This document shows, in pieces, positions 46,919 to 57,202 of a stretch of DNA of 63,837 nt. The stretch's first letter is position 1. Each line of letters begins with the position of its first letter. Where the stretch lies: positions 1-63,837 of the IMG/VR virus record IMGVR_UViG_3300032289_001441. One strand, 5' to 3'. Source of the DNA: a virus (taxonomy: Duplodnaviria; Caudoviricetes). The notes under the pieces are model-generated. The model ran no database searches. It saw only the letters and a list, made by a program, of their open reading frames with translations, and was not told the origin of the DNA. The translations under genes and the position numbers were made by a program.

Positions 46919-47398
46919 CTAACGAGTGGTGCCACTAGCGTCCAGATGTTTTCTGCACGCTTCTTTGACTGTCGGCCGCGGGTGACTTTCAGCCGCCCAC
47001 TTTAGGTAGTCCAGGCCACGCGGCTGCCGCTCCACCTCGGGCAGCGTGAGGCCGGCGAACCGACCGTCTCGCAGCACGAACGTGCGATCCTGCGGCTTCA
47101 GGTGCCCCTTGACCGCCTTGACCCACTGGCCCGTGCCGCAGAACACGCACGACAGATACCAGTCACCGCCGTCCTCGTGCAGGATGTCGTGGCACTGGGT
47201 GTTGCACGCGGCGTCCGCGCAGTCGTAGGTGTGATCGATCATGCCGATGGGGAGGATCGCTCGGGCAGGCAATTCCCCTATAAAGAAAGGCTTTTCCTCA
47301 GGCTCCTTTTCTGGAGCGGCCTGCGGCGCGCCTGTCCGCTTTGGGCCACACCGTTTTCTGGTCGGCTCATCGGGAGAGATGTCGAATAACAGGCTCAT
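46919..47398 (-). CDS. Hypothetical protein (Zn-binding plus G.F.G..L.EV..YL.W domain)
   Basis: Cys clusters; C-terminal motif. Confidence 0.6.
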   Translation of the reverse strand: MSLLFDISPDEPTRKRCGPKRTGAPQAAPEKEPEEKPFFIGELPARAILPIGMIDHTYDCADAACNTQCHDILHEDGGDWYLSCVFCGTGQWVKAVKGHLKPQDRTFVLRDGRFAGLTLPEVERQPRGLDYLKWAAESHPRPTVKEACRKHLDASGTTR

Positions 47399-47679
47399 AG
47401 GGAAGCAACCTCCTTGTCCACGATGGCTGGAAAGCCGTCGTCCATCCAAGCGTTAAAGCCAAGCCCATAGACCCGACGAGAGACGAAAACGCCGTAGCCA
47501 ATGAGCATCTCTGCCGTGGGCAATGGCCCAGCCTTCGATACTATTTTTGGCGGCAATGCGCCGACAATAACGTCGCAGCGGCGCACAATCCACATCTCGC
47601 CATACTGCTGCACTGTGTAGACGCCAGCGGGGTCAACCTCGCACCCCACAAACGTCATCGGAGGGTGTTTATTGCTCAT
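47395..47679 (-). CDS. Hypothetical protein
   Basis: ATGA coupling. Confidence 0.55.
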   Translation of the reverse strand: MSNKHPPMTFVGCEVDPAGVYTVQQYGEMWIVRRCDVIVGALPPKIVSKAGPLPTAEMLIGYGVFVSRRVYGLGFNAWMDDGFPAIVDKEVASL

Positions 47680-49331
47680 ATCGGGAACTCCATGCGGTAC
47701 TTTTCTCGGGGGTCGTGGGCCACGATCAACTTCTGCTTCGCCCTGGTTACGGCGACGTACTCGATGCGGCGTTCTTCATCGTGCCGCTCCTGGCTGTTTT
47801 CCTCGCTTTCGCGGATTCGGCGGCCGACGCTGGAGAGGACGATCACTTTGGTCGCCTCCTGCCCCTTGACCGAATGAACCGTGCCGATTTTGACCTTCGG
47901 ATTCGACACATGCTCAAGGCCGTATCGCTTGGCGGCAGAGGCCCACTTCGTCCCACCGTCGGGCAGGCCGCTCCAGGCACCAGACGTGATCGCATCGCGG
48001 AGCTGCTCGGTGGCCCCGACCGCCGGCAAGTCCTCGGGAAACAGGATGTCGAAGCGATCCCGCAGCCCCTTGTTCCACTGGCTCTTCGACCCTCGCATGA
48101 GCCACGTCCGTCCATCCGATGTCTTACTCGGCAGGATATCAATGGCCTGCGTCCACTCCTCGGCAGTAGCCCCCATGCCGTGCTGGAGCTTCCAGAGGGC
48201 CGCCATGCCCAGATCGCGGTTGTAGGAGCCCTGCTTGGCCTTCACACGCCGGAACGGGACGCCAACGTCGTCAAGGATCGCGGCGATCCGACCGACGTGC
48301 CTGTTTGTCCTGGCGATCACCAGCGTCTCCTCCCGCGGGTCGATGTCGGCGAGGTCATCCTCGAAGTTCTCGCTTTCCTCGACGTAACCGTCGTGATCGG
48401 CCGGCGCGATCCCCCGATCCCAGTAGTCGTGGCCCAGCCGCTGGAGGCACCGCTCGCCCAGCTCGAGGATCGGCTTCGCACAGCGGTAGCTCTTCGGCAT
48501 GACCTTCTGATTCTTCCCGACATCCCACGACATGAAATACTTGCTCGACGCCCCCGCCCACGAATACAGCACCTGAAACGGATCACCGACCGCCCAGGCC
48601 CACTTGCAGGCGTCTCCCGTCAGCAGCCGCTGGCAGGCCATGTCCAACAACTTGCTGGCATCCTGGGCCTCGTCAAAAATCCACCCGACAACCGTATCCG
48701 GCACCAGCCCCTCGGGGGCCACCAACTCAGGCCCGGTGCTCGGGTAGTTCCTGACCCCGACGAACCGGCAGAGCATATCGGTGAAGTCGGTCTTTCCATC
48801 CAACCGCTTCGCCGCCTCGTACATCTCGATCCGCTTGATCACGTCCTCTGCCCCAGGAGCGTCTGGAGACTGATCTGCCTCGACGATCTGCCGCAGGGGC
48901 ACGACCATGCTTCTGGCGAATGACCAGTAATTGAGCGCAGCGGCCGCCACAGGGTCGCCGATGTACAGAGCCACTCCACCGTCGTCCTCATCGATTGAAC
49001 ACTGCACATCGCTTCCCAAAGCCTCAGAGACCCATTTGTCGTCCTCTTTGCCGCCGCCCAGCACTTCACCCTTCTGAATGCCCAACTGTTTGTAGGCCAC
49101 GCTGTGGGCCGTCCTGAACCAGCCGTGGCGCTCAAGGTCGCCCTGCTTCATCCCCCAGGCCGACGCCGCGCGACTCGCGGCCTCCGACCTCGCAGCCCGC
49201 GTGAAGCTAGAGAATCCAATGGCGAATGGGTTGCCTGAGACCTCTGGGCGATCTAGAGCCTTCTCGGCGATGTCCAGCATCATCCGAGTTTTGCCCGTTC
49301 CAGCCCCTCCGATGACTCTTGCTACCTGCAT
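47676..49331 (-). CDS. UvrD/REP-like SF1 helicase
   Basis: GGAGTGKT, DEAQD, GD..Q..Y.W.GA, SYR, T.H..KG.E, YVAVTRAK. Confidence 0.92.
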   Translation of the reverse strand: MQVARVIGGAGTGKTRMMLDIAEKALDRPEVSGNPFAIGFSSFTRAARSEAASRAASAWGMKQGDLERHGWFRTAHSVAYKQLGIQKGEVLGGGKEDDKWVSEALGSDVQCSIDEDDGGVALYIGDPVAAAALNYWSFARSMVVPLRQIVEADQSPDAPGAEDVIKRIEMYEAAKRLDGKTDFTDMLCRFVGVRNYPSTGPELVAPEGLVPDTVVGWIFDEAQDASKLLDMACQRLLTGDACKWAWAVGDPFQVLYSWAGASSKYFMSWDVGKNQKVMPKSYRCAKPILELGERCLQRLGHDYWDRGIAPADHDGYVEESENFEDDLADIDPREETLVIARTNRHVGRIAAILDDVGVPFRRVKAKQGSYNRDLGMAALWKLQHGMGATAEEWTQAIDILPSKTSDGRTWLMRGSKSQWNKGLRDRFDILFPEDLPAVGATEQLRDAITSGAWSGLPDGGTKWASAAKRYGLEHVSNPKVKIGTVHSVKGQEATKVIVLSSVGRRIRESEENSQERHDEERRIEYVAVTRAKQKLIVAHDPREKYRMEFPI

Positions 49332-49405
49332 GACGCAAAACCTCCTTGTTGTAAATACCTGAAAACAAACACGTTATGAACACTGACGCCGAATCGGCGT
49401 CTTTT

Positions 49406-51262
49406 TCAGAATTCCGCGTCAGTCGTAAGTCCTTGTGTAGAAACGAGTTGCGACTCAAGACGCAGAATACGGACTTCCTGAGAGGTTTTTTCACCCTCGA
49501 CCCCTATCGCAACCCCCGTATTAAGGGCGAATTCCCCGTCAGCCGCCGTTGCCCCTTCGGCAAGCGACTGAACAGCCTCAACCCACTCAGGAGAAAAGAC
49601 GGTGAACGAGTGCCGCACCGTCCCGAATGAGTGCCGCCGCTCGGGGATATCGCCAGCCTGCATCTTTGTGCAGATCAGATGCCTCATCCTAATCCGCTCG
49701 CCGGCCTGCACGTCGTGCGTGCGTCCGATGTCCTCCCAGACCTTAGTCCACTTGAACCAGAGTTCATCCGGCTTCACCCAGCACGGGCGACCTGACACGT
49801 TCGGCTCCGGCTTATCCTCGTCCCGCGGCTGGGTCGCCTTCCCGAACGTCTCCAGAAGGTAGGCAGCCAGAGTGGCGAACCGGAGGCTCGAGGCTCCGAC
49901 ATGGATGTCGGCTTCCTTGTCCGCCTGCTTCTTGTCCACAAGCTTCTCGACGAGGCCACGAATCTTGGGCTTGCTCTTGCCGCCCTCCTGCCCCCTCCAG
50001 ACCCGCTCCCACTCGCCGCGGTCTCCGTCAAGTATCACCCGGCGAGTTGCTGAGAAGACCTTGTTCGCCACCTTCGTGGCCGACCGGAATTCGTCGAACG
50101 CGAACGTCACCTTGCCCTTGCAAGGCGTGTCCTTCCACTGGCTGACGCAGAGAACGATCTCGGGCGGGTCAGATTGAATCATCTGAATCTCCCAGCACCC
50201 TGGGAGCCACTCGCCCTCAGACCAGCCATCGACAGGCTTCCACTCAAGCCCCTGCATCGCGTATCCGCTGACGGGCTTCTTTACATCCCCTGCGGCAGAC
50301 TTCTCGCCGATCTTCTTCGCGGTCTCCTCGATGTCAGCTTTTTTCTTTGGCACGATCTCGCCGGCCTGCTCCAGCTCGCGGCGATATGAGACGCACGAGT
50401 GGACGATGCTCCACACCTCTTCGCGAGACTTCGGAGGCTTGCACCTCTGCAAGTTCGTGTTCCAGACGAGGCCGAAGATGTCTTCCTGTTCGTCGTCATC
50501 CTCGTAGTAGTCGTTCCGCATCACCATCTTCGTGGCGAGGGCTAGCAGGGTTGGATGCCGATACCCTTCACCAACGTCACCGTGGATGACTTGCCGCGAC
50601 GATCTCGCCTTGGCGCTCGGCCTACCCTTCACCTGACCGCTGACAATTGAGCGGGCCAAATCCTCGGGCACCCGCGCAAGCTCCACCTCGTCGATTCGGA
50701 GCGTCGGCTTCCACTTGTATTGCACGCCCTTCCAGTGCCACGAGCACGGGATCACGCTCTGCGAAGCCTTCTTGCCGACGCCGAGCCGAACCTCGAGGCC
50801 GTTCGGATACACGACCGCCTTTTCGATCTGGCTGAACCGATCATCCCAAAGGAAGAGCCGGTGCTCAGATCGGCCTGACGAATAAGTCGGAGTCGCGATC
50901 CTCGTCAGACCGATCTGCTCGGCATACTGCTGCGCGGCTGGATCGTCCCATTCGATGTCGATGATGCCCGTTGTCGGCCCCAGGACGAGGCCGATGTTGA
51001 ACGGCACGCCGTCGCGATCGTACTCATCAAGCCAAGCCGCAACGTCATCCTCTGTCCTGGCAACTCGATGCTGCCATCCATCTCCGCCGGCTGGGTGTTT
51101 CCCGCACTGCTTCTTCACGGCACCTTCGATATGGTGACCATCTTTGCCGCAAGTGCAGAACCCATCCGGCGTGATGCCGTGAAGCTTCGCCACCCGGCCG
51201 CCTACTGCAATCATCGCACAGGCTTCCTTGAACACCGCGTTCACGTCGAACTCAAAGGCCAT
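49406..51262 (-). CDS. Bifunctional primase-polymerase (Prim-Pol) protein
   Basis: C.CG..CGKHP, NIG...G, DIE.D, SGR..H..F; PriCT-like EG.R..L..LA and N...C.PP..EV. Confidence 0.8.
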   Translation of the reverse strand: MAFEFDVNAVFKEACAMIAVGGRVAKLHGITPDGFCTCGKDGHHIEGAVKKQCGKHPAGGDGWQHRVARTEDDVAAWLDEYDRDGVPFNIGLVLGPTTGIIDIEWDDPAAQQYAEQIGLTRIATPTYSSGRSEHRLFLWDDRFSQIEKAVVYPNGLEVRLGVGKKASQSVIPCSWHWKGVQYKWKPTLRIDEVELARVPEDLARSIVSGQVKGRPSAKARSSRQVIHGDVGEGYRHPTLLALATKMVMRNDYYEDDDEQEDIFGLVWNTNLQRCKPPKSREEVWSIVHSCVSYRRELEQAGEIVPKKKADIEETAKKIGEKSAAGDVKKPVSGYAMQGLEWKPVDGWSEGEWLPGCWEIQMIQSDPPEIVLCVSQWKDTPCKGKVTFAFDEFRSATKVANKVFSATRRVILDGDRGEWERVWRGQEGGKSKPKIRGLVEKLVDKKQADKEADIHVGASSLRFATLAAYLLETFGKATQPRDEDKPEPNVSGRPCWVKPDELWFKWTKVWEDIGRTHDVQAGERIRMRHLICTKMQAGDIPERRHSFGTVRHSFTVFSPEWVEAVQSLAEGATAADGEFALNTGVAIGVEGEKTSQEVRILRLESQLVSTQGLTTDAEF

Positions 51263-52100
51263 TCTGCACCTCGCTTTCGACCAAGGCAAAGCCTTCGGCG
51301 GGAGTCATGTGCCATCCACAAAACTGAATCGCCGTTGGCTTTAAAGAGAATTCGTCCCGAGGGTCTGCGAACTCCCAGGTCTCGTCGGGGCACCAACCGT
51401 AGCCGATATCGTCGTCTGCGCGATTCAGCCAGCCGTCAAGCTTGAAACCACCTGGACTACCCTTGTACCTGTCGTTGACAACTGCACCGTAAAACATCCA
51501 CGGCGAACCGATGATGATTGCGGTTGGTTCTCTGTATCCAAGAACTACCGCGTCCCTCAGACGAATCTTTTGCTCTAGGCTAAAGGAGCCGCGGTCGCAG
51601 TTTGGAAGAATTACGACGTTAACTGTGCCAACGGTGAGATAGTTAAACATTTCGCATCTGAAATCGATGCGAAGAATGGAGACATTGCTAGACTCGCCAC
51701 CCCCAATCTCGCTGACCTCTTTAGTTGCGTAATCGCTTTTTGATGTCGCGAGGTATTCCACCGAAAAGCAGCAGTGACGAAACACCTCGCCCCAGTCGGC
51801 GTGAAGCTGGCTCTTGTAGGCCACGCCCCGGCGAACAACCTGATCTTTGTCGCCGCCGATATCCTCAAAAGCCGATTTGGGCAGAAACTCCTTCGCTTTT
51901 TTACCGGCGTTGCATTTTCTACACGCCGTCACAAAGTTGTCGGGGTTGTCTTCGCCGCCTTTAGAGAACGGATCGCCGTGATCAACCTCAAGATCAGCCC
52001 CGTCCTTCCTGGCCCATCCGCAGTAGACGCAGCGAAAGTCGTCCCTCTGGAATACCATCCAGCGAATGCCGGCTGGGATGTTTTTTCTTTTCCTATCCAC
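51252..52100 (-). CDS. HNH endonuclease with C-terminal extension
   Basis: R..VF.RD.F.C.YCG, LEVDH..P.SKGG, N..TAC..CN..K; AAGGAGG RBS with GTG start. Confidence 0.85.
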   Translation of the reverse strand: MDRKRKNIPAGIRWMVFQRDDFRCVYCGWARKDGADLEVDHGDPFSKGGEDNPDNFVTACRKCNAGKKAKEFLPKSAFEDIGGDKDQVVRRGVAYKSQLHADWGEVFRHCCFSVEYLATSKSDYATKEVSEIGGGESSNVSILRIDFRCEMFNYLTVGTVNVVILPNCDRGSFSLEQKIRLRDAVVLGYREPTAIIIGSPWMFYGAVVNDRYKGSPGGFKLDGWLNRADDDIGYGWCPDETWEFADPRDEFSLKPTAIQFCGWHMTPAEGFALVESEVQNGL

Positions 52101-52318
52101 AAAGAACCTCCTTGTTATCGTTGTTGAAAGAACCCCCCGCGGAGCCGCCATCGCTGACGGCCCCGCGGGGTTTAAGTTCGCCATCGCAGGCCCGCGAGAG
52201 TTGGCACGGGTGATCTGCGACGACTTCCTCGAGTTACATAGCCACGTCGAGGCATAGGCTGCCGGCACGCAGGGCGATGTAGACCGGCGTGTCTCGCCGC
52301 CGGCCCGACGGCAAAGAA

Positions 52319-53101
52319 CTACTCGTCGCCCAGGTCGGCAGCGTTCACAGTGGCCCCGGCGGGAGGCGCGTTGAACATCGCGGTCAGCGGGCCGTGGTAG
52401 ACCTTCAGAGCGATGTCGCCCTGCTCTTCGCTGATCGTGCCGACGGTGCGGAAGACGATCTGCGAGTAGGGCTGGCCTCCAGAGTTCTTGACCTTCTGGA
52501 GCTTGAGGCCCACGACGCACTCGTACATGAACGACGGCAACTGCTTCTTCCTGGGCAGCCAGTTACCGAGCGAACCGGGGCCGACGGTCACGAGGATCGG
52601 CCATGTCTCGCCTTCGCGGAGAATCGCGAGCACGCGGCTCTCCTTGACCTTGCGAGACCGCCCGCCTGTCTTGCCGCTCCCCCAGCCGAACTCAGGGCCG
52701 GTGGACAGGGCCGCCCAGTCGTAGCGACGGTCGCCGATCCGATACTTCTCGAGCGCCTTCGGGTCGCAATCCCCGAGATCATCAGAGACGCGGTAGCCGA
52801 TGATCAGATCGTGAGACACGATCACCGGACGCATCTCGGACGGGTCATCCTTCGGCCACAGGGTGCCACGCTTTCCCTCGGCAACGAGCAGGCCGACGAT
52901 CTCGTCGGTCGTCTCGATGTTGCCTTGGTTGTCGATCGACCAGATCGTGCCGCCGCCGGCCGGCGTCGGCACCTTGACGAGGTCTTGCTCACGCATCGGC
53001 TCGCCTTCCAGATTGGCCTGGATGATCCGCGCCTGCCGAGAGTTCGGCGAGAGCGCGGGGTAGTCGATGTGCTTCACATCCGTCGAAATTGCTGTGCTCA
53101 T
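52319..53101 (-). CDS. Putative ssDNA-binding/replication protein
   Basis: Position in SNF2-primase module; K.P..GG..W, P.S...W, YS...F; acidic tail. Confidence 0.55.
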   Translation of the reverse strand: MSTAISTDVKHIDYPALSPNSRQARIIQANLEGEPMREQDLVKVPTPAGGGTIWSIDNQGNIETTDEIVGLLVAEGKRGTLWPKDDPSEMRPVIVSHDLIIGYRVSDDLGDCDPKALEKYRIGDRRYDWAALSTGPEFGWGSGKTGGRSRKVKESRVLAILREGETWPILVTVGPGSLGNWLPRKKQLPSFMYECVVGLKLQKVKNSGGQPYSQIVFRTVGTISEEQGDIALKVYHGPLTAMFNAPPAGATVNAADLGDE

Positions 53102-53172
53102 GGTTTTCTCCTAGAGCGGTTATCGATCCATCAACACGCCGCCCAGGCAACACGCCCAGGCGGCAACGCTTG

Positions 53173-53460
53173 TCACCAGCCTTCGCGGTCAAGCCGCGTG
53201 ATGCAGTCCTCTTCCATCCGCCCGCCCTCTTCGGCCGTGATTACCCCGTTCTCGACACGGGCATCGATCGTCCGCATCGCCCGCTGGTAGCCGGCGTTGC
53301 CGGGGGAGTAGCGAGGGCAAGAGTTCTGCTGGATCAAGACATCCCCGTCGGGCAGCGGCAGCGTGTATGACGAGACCTTGAAGCCACCCTCCCACTCGAT
53401 CGTGGTGCATGTGCCGCCGTTGGGGAGGAACTCAACGTGTCGCGAGATGACCTTGCTCAT
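53173..53460 (-). CDS. Hypothetical protein
   Basis: Coupled ORF. Confidence 0.6.
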   Translation of the reverse strand: MSKVISRHVEFLPNGGTCTTIEWEGGFKVSSYTLPLPDGDVLIQQNSCPRYSPGNAGYQRAMRTIDARVENGVITAEEGGRMEEDCITRLDREGW

Positions 53461-53918
53461 GCGTCACCTCTGACAGTGAGGTGACGAAGGACAGGGTGGA
53501 CGTACTCGCTAACGACCCCGGCGAACGGCGTTCCTTCCGCCCACGGCTGGCGGGCATCCTTGCCCGCAGCCTTGTGCATCTCCTTGAGCACAGACTTCAA
53601 TTGGCTCGTGTTGACGCCAATGAGCTGCTTTTCCATCCCTGCTGCCCTTGCCGCAGCCAAGACAGCATCCTTGTTCTCAGCCGTGGCGGAAATGGAGTGC
53701 TCCCACTCCACCCGCCAACTCCTTCCAGCGACCCGAACTCCGTCGAGCCTCCCGGCCGTCATCTCCTCGACGGCGACTCCTGCAAGCGACTCCCGTCGCT
53801 TCTTCAGTTCCTTCACCGTCAGCTCGGCCGCGTCGATTTCGCGGTCGATCTGGGCGATTTTTTCAAGCGCGGTCGAGAGCGCGCTGTCTTGTTCGGTAGC
53901 TTGTGCAAATGACATCAA
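53457..53918 (-). CDS. Coiled-coil phage replication-module protein
   Basis: N-terminal coiled coil; VN..QL...L motif. Confidence 0.6.
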   Translation of the reverse strand: MMSFAQATEQDSALSTALEKIAQIDREIDAAELTVKELKKRRESLAGVAVEEMTAGRLDGVRVAGRSWRVEWEHSISATAENKDAVLAAARAAGMEKQLIGVNTSQLKSVLKEMHKAAGKDARQPWAEGTPFAGVVSEYVHPVLRHLTVRGDA

Positions 53919-55251
53919 TCACGTCCTTTCGATTGGAAAGTGCTTCATACACGCGGCCGTCGGCCGTTGTCTTGCCGTGTAGCTGTGCAACGAGACTAAA
54001 AAACCGCGTGCTTCGTTCCTGGCCCGGTCGGTGGAGTCGGGCGATGGCTTGCAGCCACTCGGAGAGCGAATGGCCGAGGCTATAGAAGCAGCCCACGCTG
54101 GCGCGAGTGAGGTCAATGCCGATTCCGCCTGACTGAATCTGAGCAACCAGTACGGCGGTCTTCCCGGCCTGCCACTCGGCAAGGTTGTCCACTTTACCCG
54201 ATAGCTCACTCACCGTGCGACCCAGTTGATCGCAAACGTGGAGCACGCTGTCGATGTCTGATCGGAATCGGCAGAACACGACCAGCGGCTCGTCCGCGGG
54301 CATATCCTCGAGCATCTCCGCGAACGCGGCCCGCTTCGACGGCGTCTCGTCGATCTGCCTCGCGGCGACGGTATCGTCGAGACGCATGAACCCGCTGGTG
54401 GCCTGGAGCATTCGCAGGAGGCCGACCATCGCGTTCTGCGGCGTGATGAAACCTCCGTCGACCTCGGCACAGAAGTCCTTCTCCAACTGGGTGTAGACCT
54501 TGCCTTCTTTGACCGTCATTTCGACCGGAACTTCGACGTGATGGATAGGCGGCAAATCAAGGACATCTTCGCTCTTCCGTTGGAACGTCGTGGCCGCGAC
54601 TCTGGCCGCAAATTGTTCCTTGTTGCGCCAGCCGATGACCATGCCGGGGATCGCTGGATTCGTGATCGCGTAGGTTGCCTTGAAGAGGGTATACGTCGTA
54701 CCGAAGGTGGTACATTCCGGCGATTCGACGGCTCTCCAAGTCCCGTAGGCGTCAAGCGGCGACTGAGCCAGGAGCGTGCCCGACAGTCCAATCCGCTTCG
54801 CGGTCGGGTTCTTTTTCCCCATCTTCGCCGCCCACTTGCTCGCGGCCCCCGACGGCGACTTGAGTCGGTGAACCTCGTCCCAGACGAAGCAGTCCCAGGA
54901 AACCTTTTCGATTTCCTTGATACGCCAAAGACTCTCGTAGTTGCCGACGATGATCACTGGAGACGTATCGGCCATCGCGGCAATGATCTGCCGGCCTTTG
55001 TCGGCCGAGGTGCCGCGGTCAAGCAGGACGATCCGAATCTCTGGCAGCCACATCGACACCTGTTTTGCCCAGGCAGGGATCACGGCCTTCGGGCAGCCGA
55101 CCAAGATGCGCCGAAACGAGCCGGCGAGCATCGCCAGCTTGATGATCTCGAGCGCCACGCGGGTCTTGCCGCAGCCCATTCCGAGCCACAGAAGAGCGTC
55201 ACGGCGACCGCTCGCCCACTCAATCGCTTCCTTCTGATGTGTCCAGAGCAT
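53863..55251 (-). CDS. SNF2-family (SF2) helicase
   Basis: MGCGKT, DEVH, LSGT, GIGIDL, QA.ARLHRPGQ. Confidence 0.93.
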   Translation of the reverse strand: MLWTHQKEAIEWASGRRDALLWLGMGCGKTRVALEIIKLAMLAGSFRRILVGCPKAVIPAWAKQVSMWLPEIRIVLLDRGTSADKGRQIIAAMADTSPVIIVGNYESLWRIKEIEKVSWDCFVWDEVHRLKSPSGAASKWAAKMGKKNPTAKRIGLSGTLLAQSPLDAYGTWRAVESPECTTFGTTYTLFKATYAITNPAIPGMVIGWRNKEQFAARVAATTFQRKSEDVLDLPPIHHVEVPVEMTVKEGKVYTQLEKDFCAEVDGGFITPQNAMVGLLRMLQATSGFMRLDDTVAARQIDETPSKRAAFAEMLEDMPADEPLVVFCRFRSDIDSVLHVCDQLGRTVSELSGKVDNLAEWQAGKTAVLVAQIQSGGIGIDLTRASVGCFYSLGHSLSEWLQAIARLHRPGQERSTRFFSLVAQLHGKTTADGRVYEALSNRKDVIDVICTSYRTRQRALDRA

Positions 55252-55278
55252 CCTGCTGCACTCCTTTGCGTGGGCAGG

Positions 55279-55307
55279 ATATTAGGCTACTAAAGAAGAT
55301 CGGTCAA
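55279..55307 (-). promoter_or_regulatory. Sigma70 promoter for replication operon
   Basis: TTGACC-17-TAATAT. Confidence 0.65.
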
Positions 55308-55843
55308 GCGAGGTTTCGGTGCCGACCTTTTTTTGTGCCGGCCGTTTGCAGCCGGCGGGCTAGAGACACGTTTGCTTCGCAGGCTGATCGCGAGAAAATC
55401 CAGCATCGGCTGCGGTTGTTTCTCGCGTTGGTGAGAATCCTCGCCACGATCTTCCCCTGCTGCGCCATTCTGGGCGGGAACGTCCAGTGGACGTTCATAA
55501 TCTCCGCGGCCTCGCCGGTCGAGATGGCATCGCCGAATGCGATCTGGTGCTTGAGCGCGGCCAGTGCCTTGACCATCGGCGGCCGTAGGTCAACGCCGGC
55601 ACGAGGCCGCTTGCCTGAGCCGCCATGCTTGAGCTGCTCGGAATATTCCTCCCAGTCAGCCTCGCACTCGGCAAGCGAGTAGACCGTGAAGACCCGCTCG
55701 GGGTCGCTGACTACCGGGGATGCCAGGGTGCGGGTCGTCAGGAGTCCCTTTGCCACCATTCTGGCCGGGGTCGTCCAATGCACGCCGAGGAGGCACGCGG
55801 CCTCCCAGGAGCCGATTGCTTGATCGATCTGCTTCTTTGCCAT
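55304..55843 (-). CDS. DNA-binding protein with two tandem HTH-like repeats
   Basis: Internal duplication AI...EAA....VHWT.P.RM...G....R.L. Confidence 0.75.
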   Translation of the reverse strand: MAKKQIDQAIGSWEAACLLGVHWTTPARMVAKGLLTTRTLASPVVSDPERVFTVYSLAECEADWEEYSEQLKHGGSGKRPRAGVDLRPPMVKALAALKHQIAFGDAISTGEAAEIMNVHWTFPPRMAQQGKIVARILTNARNNRSRCWIFSRSACEANVSLARRLQTAGTKKGRHRNLA

Positions 55844-56047
55844 GCTGTCTGCTTTCCGGCGGGCTGGCCGCCGATGAAGAATACCCGCGTGGCCCGCCCA
55901 AAAGCCAAATCTCGCCTAGTCGTCACGGCTCCCCTTGACGAGTGGAGGATAGGGGATTTGAATATAGGCGTCTGACACCCCTGCATGGTGCCAGACCGGA
56001 GGGCAAAAAGCCAGCCGCCACAGATAGACACATGGAGGTGCCTGCTG

Positions 56048-56251
56048 ATGCCCCGCTACAAGGTTATTTGCGAATGGTCGGACGCTGGGATCGAGGATGC
56101 CGACGAGATCGTCGTGGTGACGCCCACGCCTGCCCAGGCCGTGGAGAAGGCCCGCGAGAAGTGGCTTCGAACAATCGGCTCACGGTGGCCTCACTGCCGC
56201 CTAACAAGCGCTTTTGTCCTGACGCCGGAAAAGTTTTCGGAACTCTCATAA
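56048..56251 (+). CDS. Hypothetical protein
   Basis: GGAGG RBS. Confidence 0.65.
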   Translation: MPRYKVICEWSDAGIEDADEIVVVTPTPAQAVEKAREKWLRTIGSRWPHCRLTSAFVLTPEKFSELS

Positions 56252-56270
56252 GGGAAACTCTCTTTCCCAA

Positions 56271-56306
56271 CGCGCCCCCCCAAGGGGGGGCGCGTGTTCT
56301 TTTTTT
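56271..56306 (+). terminator. Intrinsic terminator
   Basis: cgcgccccccc-aa-gggggggcgcg followed by T-tract. Confidence 0.75.
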
Positions 56307-56347
56307 CTCGCATGGAAGTGGTACTCCTTTTGAAGGAGAGACACCCC

Positions 56348-57202
56348 ATGCTCTTGCACCACGTCCTGCGTGATCTCTACGCGCCGCTGACAGGCGTCAG
56401 CGACCGCACGATCACCCTATACGGATACACACTGCGATCGTGGGGCGAGGTGCTCGGGCGACCGCCAGAAACCACCGATCTCGATGAGTTGTCGGTAGCC
56501 CGGTTTCTGGCCCGCCGCGTTCGCGAGATGTCGGCTGCCACGGCAGCCAAGGATCGCGCCCAAATTCGCGCTCTCTGGGAGTTCTGCGCCCGCAGAAAGA
56601 TCTGCGACACTTGGCCGCAAGTGCCCCGCATCATCGTCCCCGAGCGAATCCCCGAGGCATGGCTGACCGACGAGATGAAGTCGATCATAACTTCCGCCGC
56701 CCAGGAGCAGGGCCGCATCGGCGGCTTCCCCGCGGCGGCGGTGTGGAAGGGAATTTTACTGCTGTGCTACGACACGGGCGAACGGATAGCGTCGGTCGTC
56801 GATGTGCGCGCATCCGACGTGCGTGGCTGCAACGTGATCTTCCGCGCCGAGGAGAGGAAGGGCAGGCGCCGCGACATCATGCGCGAGATCAGCGTGGAGT
56901 GCGCCGATGCGCTCCTGGCGATTCGCCGTGGCCCCGACGACACGGCGATTCCTTGGGATCGGCACCGCACATGTCTCTGGCGAATATTGAAGATCATCCT
57001 TCAGCGAGCTGGACTGCCCAGCGATCGGCGGTGCAAATTTCATCGCATCCGCAAGACCACCGCCTCCTACTACGAGGCGGCCGGCGGCTCTGCGCAACGA
57101 CTACTTGACCACTCAAGCCCCGCGGTGACGAAAAAATACCTCGACCCGCGAATCGTCAGCCCAGGCGTGCCTGCACCGAGCGTCCTGCCCCGCGTGGTCT
57201 AG
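56348..57202 (+). CDS. Tyrosine recombinase/integrase
   Basis: Catalytic R (TGER), K, HxxR (FHRIR), H (LDH), Y (KKY); AAGGAG RBS. Confidence 0.9.
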   Translation: MLLHHVLRDLYAPLTGVSDRTITLYGYTLRSWGEVLGRPPETTDLDELSVARFLARRVREMSAATAAKDRAQIRALWEFCARRKICDTWPQVPRIIVPERIPEAWLTDEMKSIITSAAQEQGRIGGFPAAAVWKGILLLCYDTGERIASVVDVRASDVRGCNVIFRAEERKGRRRDIMREISVECADALLAIRRGPDDTAIPWDRHRTCLWRILKIILQRAGLPSDRRCKFHRIRKTTASYYEAAGGSAQRLLDHSSPAVTKKYLDPRIVSPGVPAPSVLPRVV

